From Octopus vulgaris (Eukaryota), in contig OX597838.1 in assembly GCA_951406725.2 (NCBI GenBank), forward strand, positions 1,550,001 to 1,614,000: DNA of 64,000 nt, read 5' to 3'. Made by a program: the position numbers and the translations under genes. How positions within the stretch are numbered: position 1 is the stretch's first letter; each line of letters opens with the position of its first letter. Below are positions 1-12,485 of the stretch, piece after piece. The notes under the pieces were generated by a model that was not told the origin of the DNA, did no database searches, and saw only the letters and a list, made by a program, of their open reading frames with translations.

Positions 1-293
1 ATCTAGCGGTTTGGCATTGAAGAACGATAGAATAAGTACCAAGCTTAAAAAAGAAAAAGAGTCCTGGTGTTGATTATTAATTCGACTAAAAAATTCTTCG
101 AGGTGGTGCCCAGCGTGGCCGCAGCACGATCAATTAAGCAAGTAAAAGTTAAAAGATGAAGGATAAAGGATATATATATATATATATATATATAACAATT
201 AATTAAATAGAAAGATTCAATTGACAATTCAATAATTTATTTATATGATAACATAATATGATATAAAATAACATAAAAAGTCTTTAAAAAAAG

Positions 294-384
294 CAAAAGC
301 CCCAACAGTCTGTTTCGACTTATATACATTATTTGATTTATAAACAACACATATCTGCTTCTATAAGTCTCTTCGGAGTTTTGG
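294..384 (-). ncRNA. Degenerate hammerhead ribozyme (PLE pLTR type)
   Basis: Minus strand reads CCGAAGA (one change from CTGAAGA), GACTTATA..TATAAGTC as a perfect 8-bp stem II, then GAAAAC-like core GAAAC-AGACT-GTT with near-palindromic stem III; partial stem I CAAAA/TTTTG. Confidence 0.65.
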
Positions 385-739
385 TTTAAAAACAGACGAA
401 ATTTCCCGTGAAAGGACAGCTGGATTGTAAAAGAAAAATAATTCAAATGCTTATGTATTATGAGCGAGAGCGTTAACTTTTCAACTACATAACAATTACA
501 ATTAAGAAACAACAAAATTATAACGGACAAAATAATTAAGTAAATAGAATCTACAACTATCGAAATATCTTTCTATATATCTCAAACGATATTAATCCAA
601 ACTCGTTTGGGTCGAAGACAATCCTTGGCTATTTTAATAACATACAGCAACAATATAAAGTATATAAATTAAGTATCAGGGTCCTTCTTAATCTAGAGAC
701 TGTAATAAAACGTGTAAATAAATATAAATGATGATATAC

Positions 740-900
740 TATTATTCTGGTAATATATAACAGCTCTTCTCTTTTATTTAAAGTTAGTGATAAAAAAAAG
801 TTTAAAGTAACTAAAAAAAAATGTTTATTTACTTAATTTATCGGAGGGAGAATTCCGTAATAAATATGAAGATAAGCTTAGAGCTACAATGACTGCAACC
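740..900 (-). mobile_element. Decayed Penelope-like element C-terminus (Naiad/Hydra-like)
   Basis: Minus-strand CxxC (886-897) followed by LNKREELL (758-781), resembling the CxLC..EK..LNKRxEL..CRH terminus of these PLEs; lies upstream of the HHR on the same strand. Confidence 0.4.
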
Positions 901-1117
901 TATATTATCCCATAGATATAAAGTTAGGCTATAATAATGGATATCAAAATATTACTAGTTTTTCAGAAGTAACCAGATTTGAAGTTATTTAAATAAGGAT
1001 TATTCACAGTAACTAACAAGTAAATGTCCCATTTGCATTTAACCCATATTTATGTGGTATTCGACTGACGTACAAGTGATTTTGATGTTTTACGCACCCC
1101 TTTGAAGGATCTGTTAC

Positions 1118-1162
<45 letters not shown>

Positions 1163-1308
1163 TTGTCATGGGTGATTCTTTCTTGTCTTGGGATTCACGG
1201 TCAAACGGCTGGGTGGTATTGCGCGAAAAATCACACAGATGTGTAGAATGATTCGGTGGTGATGCTGGGCTTTGTATTTTTCCATTGCTCCCATGTTTAC
1301 CGAGATAA

Positions 1309-1782
1309 TCTACTATAATAATACTCTTGTGTTTATGAATGAGAAAGGAAGGAAGGAGTGATAGATGAATAAGGAAGAAAGGGGTGATGTCATACTTGGT
1401 GGTGGGATGATGAAAATTGTACGATGAAAAATATAAATGAAACAGCGTTTCAACTCTGTGTGAACATATGTGTGTATGTAGAAGGGGATATGTGAATGTG
1501 TGTGCGTGTGTTCGCGCGCGCGCATTTGTGTGTGCGTGTGCGAGCGCAATAGAAGGGGGATGGTTCATCTTTGTTCGCTTAGTATTTGGGTTTATTTTTT
1601 GATTTGGTTGAATCTTGGTTTTTTTTCTGTTGGTCAGTTATTTTTAGCGTTTTCACAGAAAAAAGCCATTCTAAAATTGTTTTTTAACGTAAGCGTACCC
1701 AAACAAGTCGAATGCTTACACAGAGCAGGTTTTACAGCCACATCATCCAAACCGACCGGGTGAAATCGGGCTTAGCTGCTAG
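1309..1782 (+). mobile_element. Non-autonomous Helitron
   Basis: A|TCTACTATAATAATA 5' end; subterminal GC hairpin remnant CCGGGTGAAATCGGG (1756-1770); CTAG|T 3' end; inserted between A and T with no TSD. Confidence 0.7.
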
Positions 1783-3330
1783 TATATATTCATACATACA
1801 CATACATATATAAATATAACATGTTGCAGAATGAAATTCGATTCGAGACCTATTATTCGCCATGGAACCCATTTATTGAGGCGAGCAGTGTAAGTTTATT
1901 GAGTGAATCTTCCAAATTCTTCTGATTCGCAATACATTAAAGCCCTGACCACTTTCTCTACCTGCCATGGCCTTCATTCACGTACAATGACCTCCCGCCG
2001 CCTCACTCGGTCCTCCACCCTTCAGAACTGATGCCACTTTCCTGAACCGTTCGTTTGCACCTCGTTCATGTTTAGTTTGGGAATTAATTTCCCGACTCTG
2101 TTGTTTCATTTGAATATTGATTGGATGGAAATGGCGGAGGAAGTCAAACAGTACGTTTGATAACATCACCACAAACCAGCAGCAGCAGCAGCCGCAGCAG
2201 CAGCAACAATAAGAACTCCATAACAACGCAGCAACATTAATAAGAATATAAATAACATGAGTAAACAACATCAATTCCATCAGCATAAACAACGACAGCA
2301 GCAACAGTCACACCACCACCACCACCACCAACCACAACAAAAACACTAATAACAACAACTGCAGTTCAACAAATAACAGTAGCAGAAATAACAACAACAA
2401 CAACAGTTAAATAACAATGTCTGTACATTAATGTTTGTGATGACAATTAAAACGATAATGTAATTCTTTCTCTATGCAAATAATGCTTTCCCTTCAACAC
2501 AGAACCACAAGCTTACACGTATTTACACACCCTCACACACACACACACATACACACACACAAACACACACCCTCCGTCCCTCCCTCCTCCTCCCCCCGCT
2601 TCTCCCATAGAAGTGAATCTCTCTCAAGTTATTATCTTCTATTTTCTAATATTTGATACGATGTGTTGTTCTGTGTTTGCAAAACTGTGAAGAAAATCGA
2701 CAAACTTGGGTTCAACTTGTTTGTTTTGTTGTAGAAGGCTCTTGAATAGAATTACGTTTACAGTGGAGAAGTTCCTGCATTATTTCTTTATCGAAAGAAA
2801 AACAACAACAACAACAACAACAACTAAAACCTAAAAAGAAAGGCAAAGCAAAAAGGGAGAAAAGGAAACGAAAGCAAAATCGACAAAACTCTCGCTGTTG
2901 AAGTTGTTCCGATCGTTAAAAGCATTTTATCTGTTTCGTTGATCAGTTGGTGACATTTGCGATGTGATTCCTTCAAAGTTTTGTTGTCATAGCACGCCTC
3001 ATCCAAACTTCCTTTACGTTTGATGGAAGCTGATAGAATTGACACAAATTGTATAGCACCTTACTATATTCAGTACTCTTTATTCTTTATTCTTCCAGTA
3101 CATTTGGCCACTTTGTTTCCTGAGTATTAAGTATATATATAAAAAAAACATAGAAAAGAAAAACGATTAAAAAAAGAAAAGCATGAAACTAACAAAAACA
3201 AAAAGAAAGCAGCAGTATAATGAATATGGATGTAGATCGAAACCTCAACCGAGAAATTAACTCCTATCGTCTTTTTCTTTCCCAGGCGACTCATTTCTAG
3301 TTCAGTTTGTTAATATTCCTTTCTCCTCTA

Positions 3331-3510
3331 AGGCGGCGAGCTGGCAGAAACGTTAGCCCGCTGGGCAAAATTCTAAGTGGTTTTACGTTCTGAGTTCAAA
3401 TTCCACCGTAGTCGACTTTGATTTCATTCTTTCGAGGTCGATAAATTAAGTACCAGTTACGCACTGGGGTCGATCTAATCGAGTAGCCCCTTTCCTAAAG
3501 TAGAAAAAAA
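3331..3510 (+). mobile_element. tRNA-derived SINE, family 1
   Basis: Head GGCGGCGAGCTGGCAGAAACGTTAG, B-box-like GAGTTCAAATTCC, body GTCGACTTTG..GGTCGATAAATTAAGTACCAG; multiple copies in the window. Confidence 0.85.
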
Positions 3511-3514
3511 TATT

Positions 3515-3836
3515 ATTTTCTACTAGGCCTGAAATTTTTTAGGAGTAGGGGCCAGTCAATTAGATCGACCTCAGTATGCAACTTGTAAAGACAGACGAAA
3601 TACCCATTTCTTTACTACCCACAAGGGGCCAAACACAGAGAGGACAAACATGGACAGACAAACGGATTAAGTCGATTATATCGACGCCAGTGCGTAACTG
3701 GTACTTATTTAATCGACCCCGAAAGGATGAAAGGCAAAGTCGACCTCGGCGGAATTTGAACTCAGAACGTAGCGACAGACGAAATACTGCTAAGCATTTT
3801 GCCCGGCGTGCTAACCACTCTGCCAGATCGCCGACT
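3515..3836 (-). mobile_element. SINE family 1, composite copy
   Basis: Reverse complement of the family 1 head and body plus a second partial copy; similar to 56843-57270. Confidence 0.85.
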
Positions 3837-4049
3837 TCCCTCGCACCAAACATTAACTTAACTATTGGTTACCATGCATTTCTCATTTACCTGGAAATGA
3901 TTATATTTCCTTTACATTACCCGTCTCACTATTTACTTAGTGATTCTTTCGTTACTACTACGGTAAATATATTTTTTTCACTTCGATGATGTGATCAGAA
4001 TAAAATTGAAACCTATCCAAAGTTATCGCTCCTGAACTTACCAGAAATA

Positions 4050-4225
4050 TTGATTTCAAATTTTGGCATGAAGCTAGCAATTTCAGGGAAGTGATATTTA
4101 TTTTATCGAGTACCAGGAAGAGTAAAAGTCAGCTTCGACGAAATTTGAACTCAGAACATGAAGACAGACGAAATGCCGCTAAGCATTTTACCCAGCGTCC
4201 TAACGATTCTGCCAGCTCGACGCTT
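4050..4225 (-). mobile_element. SINE family 1, diverged
   Basis: AATTTGAACTCAGAAC..GACGAAATGCCGCTAAGCATTT..GCCAGCTCG matches the other copies. Confidence 0.75.
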
Positions 4226-4290
4226 TAATTGCCAGAAATATTAACAATATTAATTACTGAGTAATATTGCATTTTCTTTTATGTAAGAAT

Positions 4291-4470
4291 ATTTCTAGTC
4301 AACCATTTAAAACTGAATGTATTATCAAATATGCTAATATTAACTTAATTATCTGTCTTCACCTGATAGTTATTTCTAGTTAGCCATTCAGTTCTAACTG
4401 TATTATGAAATATGCTAACATAAATCTAATTATCTCTCCGTCTTTATAGTTATTTCTAGTAAACCATTTC
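4291..4470. repeat. Tandem duplication, unit about 80 bp, about 2.3 copies
   Basis: ATTTCTAGT recurs at 4291, 4372 and 4452; TGTATTAT.AAATATGCTAA is also repeated. Confidence 0.7.
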
Positions 4471-4757
4471 ATTCTGCATCTTTGAAATATATTGAAATTA
4501 ATTGAAAAAATTGAACCCATAACATTTTGATTGAAATCAGAATTGAAGTCTTCAGTGAGTGGCTCCAGCATGGTTGGTGCTCTGCCACCTACGCTGTAGT
4601 CATGGTAGCAATAGTTAACATGAGAGTATCTTGTACCGCGATGAGGGAAGAATTTAACGTTTTGTTCTCCATCCTTTGTCCGAGAGTGAACAAGCTTGAG
4701 TGTTGTTTTTGTTTGGCTCTATTTGTTAGCATGCCAGCGGTGACATTTCCAATAACG

Positions 4758-5111
4758 CAAGGGTTCACAGCCATTTTTTTTTATCTATGGACCCCTTTAA
4801 TTACTATTTTATTCTGGTGGACCCTCATAGCCTCATAGCTAGTTTATAAACTAGTTTTATAGATAGTTCTTTCAATATTCCTATTTCGTTTTTCTCGTAT
4901 TAACTCGAGTAGGTTGAACAATGTGAAATGTTAGAGAAAGAAACCCAGCTGTTTCTTGCAATACATACCAATACATACGTCTAAAACTAAATGTTTACAG
5001 AGGCCCTTAAAATACAATTGTGAATCTGAAATTTACTATTTTGTAACGTGGACCCCTAAAAATCTTATATGGACACTCAGGGGCCATACGGACCCAGGTT
5101 GAGAACCATTG
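4758..5111. mobile_element. hAT (Charlie-like) MITE
   Basis: Imperfect TIRs CAAGGGTTCACAGCC / GGTTGAGAACCATTG and repeated subterminal GGACCC motifs; no 8-bp TSD recognisable. Confidence 0.6.
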
Positions 5112-6264
5112 CTTTAAAGTCTCTATTCCAAGTCGAAGAACCAACATGTTGGATTAATTTTCCCTCAGAAAATAACAACTATATGGCATTCTCTGTCTTT
5201 TAATCTTTGTCGACAAGTTTCCTTAGATTCGTCATTTACCACCAAAGATAAAAGGTCAAACGTCACTGGCCCAGTTTACTCGGTTGTTCCACTGAAAGAA
5301 TTTACCAAAGTCAGCAAGAAGAATGTTGTATCTTTGAAATATCTTTGTTTAGCTTGAATTCACAACTGAAGTCCTTTTAATGGATACAACTACCCCCATT
5401 CATATTCAGAAATTACCGGAATTTGCCTACCAACCAATGCTGTTCATTGAAGAAAAATGTATATTTTTAATTACATCACTTTTCGAAATCAAAGTCCTTC
5501 ATTTCCGGATAGTTGGCTCAAATCACTTAAGAGTTTCAATGAAAGGAAGTTGTGGTGTTTATGCATATCCCAAGCAACTTTGTTACATATTTGATGTTCA
5601 CTAAGTTATTAGCGGGAACCAAAAGTGGTTTTCGGACTCTGCCTGTCATAAACTTGCAAATTACACTAAATTCTACCTGAAGGATATTTAATAGCGTACT
5701 TTATCTCGTTTGTCTCAGTCAATAAGTTACTTTTAATATCGTTCAACTGTTTAATACTTCTAGCTGGGGAACGATTGAGCTTCTATGAAGCTATTTACAT
5801 AAAGGAAGTCATCTCGATATAATGTATATTGAATGCCAAACAGACGACGATTCTATCTGTAAGGAAGTCACGCAACGTTCGACTTGACTTTCGCATAAAC
5901 AACCCTATACCACAATATTAATGTGATAATATTAAACGGCAGACATCTTAAATTAACCACAACCATTGATGAGGAAATATGACAAATGTCAGTGGAAGCA
6001 TTATCACGTCACTCGATGTGGATGCTCGACCAACAGGACATCTTTTCCTGCGGTCTTAACGGTAAAATATATCAGACACAACTACGAAAAAGACGGGGTG
6101 GTAACGGAGGTCGGTACGATCGGGGTACAACAACAACAATTGGTCCGTACGTGTCATTTGAAGAGTTCGCTTTCTTGTAATAATTCAGAACAGCCTCTCA
6201 GTTGTCTCTCTTCCAATGTTATTTTTCTTTCTCGCAGACGTTTATCTACTTCACTTACAGAGAT

Positions 6265-6484
6265 TAATTTCAAATTTTGGCACAAGGCCAGTAGTTGTTT
6301 TGGGTGGGGGTGGGGGCAAGCCGATGAAATCGACTCCAGTCTTCAACTGGTATTTATTTTATCAACCCCGAAAAGACAAAAGCCAAAGTCGACTTCGGCG
6401 GAATTTGAACTTAAAACGTAAAAACGAAAGAAATGCCACTAAGCATTCTGCCGGAAATGCTAACGTTTCTGCCAGCTGGTTGCC
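6265..6484 (-). mobile_element. SINE family 1
   Basis: AAAGTCGACTTCGGCGGAATTTGAAC..GCTAACGTTTCTGCCAGCT matches the family. Confidence 0.8.
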
Positions 6485-7116
6485 AAAACTGCGGTATTTA
6501 TATTGAAAGTAATACTTTACTAATGAGGTCAGAATAACATAGAAAGAAATCCGAAGTTTTCTCCTGTTGTTGCCTGGAAAATGAAATGTTTGCATTAGTG
6601 TAGTATTTACCGCAACCACCACCACCACCATGATAACCGCCATTGGCACCAACACTCACTTCTTTATTTCTGGTTTGTATTACAATGTTCCTCTGCAGAC
6701 AAAGTGTCGGGAGTTTTGTGGGTGTGTCGCTGGTGGTTTATTGACGTTCTGTATGGACCTAAACAGACGAGCAAACGTGTCTCTGTTGACTGTGATTTAT
6801 ACTTAGTGTCTCTTTGTGTATCCTTTAAGGACATTAAAATTCCTGGTGTTGTTTCAAGTAAAGTGTGTAGAATTTAGAGCTAAAAGGTCAATAGGACGAC
6901 TGATCACATTTTAATTGATACTTTGCATGTTTGTATGGCAATGGAATGTCTGCTGGGGGATGAGAGGGAGAGTGCGGGGCGTTGTATCCACAAAAGCAGT
7001 TCTTGGTTATTCTAACATGGAACAGAAAGATGACTTGATTGTAAGTGGTTGGTGATAAATGTATAGTTACGCTCTCTCTCACACACACACAGACACATAG
7101 ATACACTCACGTAGAA

Positions 7117-7151
<35 letters not shown>

Positions 7152-7477
7152 GAGAGAGAGAGAAGAAGAAGAAGAAGAAGAAGAGAGAGAGATATAGAGA
7201 CATATAATAATTATGTATGGTGAAACCCTATACAATACAGATTATAAACATGTATTTAGTTGTGCTTCTGTGCGGAAATAAGCGGCCAGGCCCAACAGAC
7301 AAGGCTTTTCTGGTCTCACCACAAACTCTATTCTCTTCGGTGACGCTAAACATATATTAAAGACAGGTTTCAGGATTTCCTTAGACACACTCATTCATAA
7401 CCTCGGTATTGTGGTATATTTGTAATTTTAGACACACACACGCGTGTGTGTGCAGGTGTGTGTATTTATATGTGTGC

Positions 7478-7523
<46 letters not shown>

Positions 7524-7669
7524 ATTCTATCTATATGTATGTATATATATATATGTATATAATAATTCTATCTATATGTATGTATATATATACGTATATA
7601 CATACATACATACATACATACACACATACATACATACATAGTGACTCAAGGTCCTTGAGTCACACTGTT

Positions 7670-7790
7670 ACTTCTGGGCCATATCATGTTGAATGCATCG
7701 GTTTTCGTTTGATCACCGAAGTTAAGCAACGTCGAGCCAACTGAGTACTCAGACGGGTGACCGCTTGGTAAAACCTAGCTGCTGTAAGCA
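7670..7790 (+). pseudogene. 5S rRNA pseudogene / dispersed copy
   Basis: About 120 nt colinear with metazoan 5S: GGCCATATCATGTTGAA..GATCACCGAAGTTAAGCAACGTCGAGCC..AGTACT..GGGTGACCGC..TGCTGTAAGC. Many substitutions and no T4 terminator. Confidence 0.88.
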
Positions 7791-7804
7791 TCTCACACTT
7801 TATA

Positions 7805-7962
7805 GTCGCAGGCGTGGCTTTGTGGTAAGAAGCTTGCTTCCCAACCACATGGTTCTGAGTTCAGTTCTGCTCTGTAGCACCCTAGGCAAATGTCCTCTAC
7901 TATAGCCTCGGGTCGATTAAAGCTTTGTGACTGGATCTGGTAGACGGAAACTGAAAGAAGCC
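7805..7962 (+). mobile_element. tRNA-derived SINE, family 2 (5' part)
   Basis: GCAGGCGTGGCTTTGTGGTAAGAAGCTTGCTTCCCAACCACATGGTTC..GGTAGACGGAAACTGAAAGAAG; reverse complement of the 62495-62888 head. Confidence 0.8.
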
Positions 7963-9689
7963 TATATATACATATGCGTGTTATTTATTTTGTGAAAAAC
8001 TGGACACGGGTCATTAGTCTTCTCGATGTTCCCTGCTTAGCTTGTTGCTGTTGCTGCTGCTGTCGTTGATGTTGTTTTTATGGTTTCGCCGCCTCCCGAA
8101 CCTAGTTATCTCTTACAGTAAGTACCGACATATATATTCCGTATTTGAGGAATATTTACCTGCTATTTCTTGTGGAACGAAGGACAGCATAGGAAATATC
8201 TCGTTGACTTACTTTCTCTTTGAAATTCAGTACACTGTTGAATCCGGGTAGATAGACAAGGGAATTTATCAATGATAGAAGCTTGGTCTATATAAGGAGA
8301 GCATTCTTTGGAAATTGGCTGTGTTAAAAGGGTGTGTTAGCTGGGTATGTTAAACAACTGTTGTAGCTGGTATTTAACAATAGGTCATAGATGCGATCAT
8401 TGCGTTTTTCCTTCAAATAAGATGCACATTATCTAATGCTTTATTCTATTTCAAAGACGATAGCAATGAAATTTGAGGAGAATTTAGTTGTTATTATTAG
8501 CTTGCCGAGCACGTTAACATCCAATTCAACAAATAGGTAGATAAGTCGATCAATAAACGGAGAGTGAAGGAGACAGAGAGATTATTAACTAACTAGAAAT
8601 AGACAGATTAAAAAGATGCCAAGAAACAGACAGCTTGCTCGAAAGACAAACATTACCTTAATTAAAGTAATTTATTGAATTAAATGGGTTGCTGTGACTT
8701 GAATATAAACAGGTTAACAAATCGATTTGAAGAGTATTTTCTTGATGTGCAACATCTACAAACCTTTTAAACTTGTTGCACAACATTTGAGATCAATTGG
8801 TCAATCCTACCGTCCTCTTTCTGCCTAGTGCCATCCTCTAATCGACTCTTTTGTGAACAACTGTTGATTCTTCCGTTCTTGTGACATTCTTCCCTTTTGT
8901 CAGAATTAAGTAACCCCTATTTTCTTCCCTTCAGCTCTTTCGACCCCCTTTTTATCTCTTCGTTACACGCATAAAATAAGGCACAGACATCATTCAACTC
9001 TTTTACAGTCCTTTCATACAAACACACCACTGAACTCCAACCCCTTGATAACAACTAACCGCTGCAGTTTCTTCTGCTTTCTGAATTCTTGCACGTCTTT
9101 GACATAATTCCTGGCGTTTTGCTTCATTCCTTCCTCACCTTTCTCTACTTGAAGCCACACATCCGCTTTCATTATCTTTTCCCATCACAATTTGTCAGAA
9201 GAACAGAGAGTCAAATTTCTTTTTTACACTCGTCCTGAAACATTCCTGGTCCTCATAGATTTAATACTGTGGTGTGATTAGTGTTAATGTAACTCAAAAG
9301 TAACCTAATAAGGTTACTTTTGACAATTCGACTCTACGATTGGATTTCGTAGCTAACAGATAAACAGAGAACCAGACAGCAATAAGATAGGGGCCTATAT
9401 ATGAGAGGAAACAAGAAAGAAGAGAGATCGGGTCGAGAAGGAGAGCAGTAATGTAAAGTCGGTGAATGGTGTAAACAGATAATTTATTAAAAAACATTTA
9501 AATACAAATAAAGATTCAGAAAAAGGAAAAATAAAAATAAACGGGGGTGGCGTGGCAGTAGCTTCACACCCACATGTGACGCCCACCCTGGAATACTACA
9601 CCATACAGACATAACTACAAAGAAACACACACATATGTATATATAAGTGTGTATATTAATATGGATATATCTTTTATCTTTTACTAACT

Positions 9690-10088
9690 TCACTCATTGC
9701 AGTGCGGCCATTCTGGAGCAACGCCCAGAAAGCGTTTATCCCAGATCTGATACTTACTCTATCGCTTTGTTTTACCGAACCGCTAAATAAGGGGTCGCTA
9801 ACAAATAACACTGGTTGTCAAATGGTGGTGAGGACAAAATATCACATACATACCCTAATTAAAGTAAATGGATCTCCGTCAGTTTCGGCGTAGATCATTC
9901 CAGTTATTCAATACAAGTGGCTGTGTATTTCATGAATATTCCTTTAACAGAATCAATAATGATCGGCTGTGTGAAAAGGTTCAAGTCATAAATTACTGGT
10001 AGTCAGAAGACGGGTTTCCGAATAGTTTTCCTCTATCCAATTTGATTTAAAAGTCTGGGGCGACCTGAAACTATAATAAAGACATTCA

Positions 10089-10090
<2 letters not shown>
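9690..10090 (-). mobile_element. SINE family 2 fragments
   Basis: TGCGGCCATTCTGGAGCA..CCGAACCGCTAA..GGTTGTCAA and GACGGG..AGTTT..CTATAATAAAGACA match family 2. Confidence 0.6.
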
Positions 10091-10155
<65 letters not shown>

Positions 10156-10243
10156 TATACATATATATGTGTATATATATACATATATTTGTATATATAT
10201 ATACACATATATATGTATGTGAATATATATATATATATATAAG

Positions 10244-11425
10244 TCTTAAACAAGAATATTATCGACATCGATTTTGACGTTTCGGCCAGCTAACCCATTG
10301 TCAGAGTGCGATGCATTGAAGTTACTCTTGGTTTCATATAGTCTCTGTTGAGTTAAAATCTTTTTTGGATGCGAAGGTTTGCGTGGAATTGTAATTAGGT
10401 TTTAGGATGGGTTGCTATGGAGAAGTGTTTCGCAGAATCTTTATTAATTAAGTCTGGGGGTTGGGCTATTGTTTAGAATTTATACATGCGTGAAGAAATT
10501 TGTAAGCAGGTGTGTTCCCCTCATATTCAATTTTATTCTCATTTTTATGCATGAGTATATGCACACTTTTTATAATTCCCCACTTTCGCATATATCCATA
10601 GGCCTGCAATGATATATTATAAAATACACACGTTTGAAATAGAATTGAAGAAATATTTATAAACACATGACCCACAAACTCTGCCTCAATAAAACATAAA
10701 CATTACACTTTTCTACATATAAATCAAATTGCTTATAGAACTATTAACCCCGAGAGAGAAAAATAGAGACCAAAAACCTTTACACCTACCCACACCAACT
10801 TGTGAGATTTCAAAGCACAAACTAAACAAATTTCTATACGAACTAGACTAACTAGACTAATAAACTCCACCTTCCAAATACAAACGGGAAATACTCTAAA
10901 TAACAACAAGTAAAGAGGCTTACTGACCAACTAAACATACTACCTACTTACATTCTAAGGTGAACCCTTAAAATTACTTTATAAAAACGTTGACACACCC
11001 AATAACTAAGTTTTTAAATACTGGATTAGACATCGAACGTTTGATCCTTACATCGTCAAAGCAAAGGATTAAATCTAATAAAACCCGACCCCGCTAAAAC
11101 TTTCGATAGTTCCTGTGTCGCCCTAAAAAAAGTAGCACAGTTAAATATCCACAGCTGCTTACAAAGTTCTACACACATGAATAAATTATAAACAATAACA
11201 TAACTCCAAATTTAATCAATAAAATTCCCTGCAAGACACCTTTCCACCACAACTCACCTTACGACCGAATTATAACCCCATTCAAACCCTCCTCACACTC
11301 AAGAAAGATTTTAAGTGAGCGGAGACTATATAAAACGTCAAGATTAACTTCAGTTTATCGCAATCGGGCGATGAGTTAGCTGTCCGAAACTTCGAAGTCA
11401 CTGTCAACAATATTCTTGTTTAAGA
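10244..11425. mobile_element. Fold-back element with about 270-bp diverged inverted ends, each carrying an HHR remnant (PLE inverted-pLTR type)
   Basis: 10244-10515 is the reverse complement of 11150-11425 (e.g. TCTTAAACAAGAATATT / AATATTCTTGTTTAAGA). HHR-like cores at 10276-10304 (-) and 11365-11393 (+). Confidence 0.7.
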
Positions 11426-11505
11426 ATAATAAACTTGTACTCTACAAAAGTACAGAGTAACCCATGAGATTAATGTGAAATTGCTATTATCATAACTGAA
11501 CACAG

Positions 11506-11569
<64 letters not shown>

Positions 11570-11933
11570 TATATTTACACACATATATTTACACATATAT
11601 GTATACACTCACACACACATACACATATATATATACATATACATATACATATACACATGTATAGTATATATGTAGATAGATAGATTGAGAGAGAGAGAGA
11701 GAGATAGATAGAGAGAGAGAGAAAGAAAGAAAAAAGAAAGAAAGAAAGAAAGAAGACAGAAGAAGAAAGAACATTGGCGTGCACAACAGTGAAAGGGTGA
11801 TTGAAAAATGCGAGAGGGAAGAGAATGATGATGATGATCGGGAGAATGAGAGAGAAGGAAGGTGAGAGAGTGAAGGTTAGAGGAAAGGAATGTGTTAAAG
11901 CATGTGGAGGAGGTAAAGATAGATAGATAGAGA

Positions 11934-11972
<39 letters not shown>

Positions 11973-12419
11973 TAAGAGAAAATGTGAATGAGAGAGTCAA
12001 ATAAATTGGAGAAATACTAAAATGCAGAATGCTAAAAGGTGAAGAAGAGAGAAAGAAGCAGAGAGAGGGAATTGTCGGGAGTGAGAGGAGAGGAAGAGGA
12101 GAAGCGAATTGGTGGTGTTGGTGGTTAAGATAGAATTAGAGCAGGTGGTGAGTAAATGAATCTTGGAGTATAATCAAATGAAGTATTTGGAAAATAATCG
12201 CTGTTTGCAGAAGCTTATCTTCGCAAACGCATTGTTGTTTCTACACACACACACACACACATATGCGCATAAAACATGTGTGTGTGTGTGTTGAGGGAAA
12301 TACAATAGCATTCTAAAATGGCTGCCACTAGCCAAAATGGCGACCGGATCATTTGCTTGTTACAATAGAAACATAATCTTGACGTTGTAAAATAAAAGGA
12401 AGGATATAGATGTCATGAT

Positions 12420-12485
<66 letters not shown>

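Noticed and set aside
3576-3989. 137-aa ORF and similar ORFs at 5966-6506
   Set aside because: Largely antisense readings through SINE family 1.
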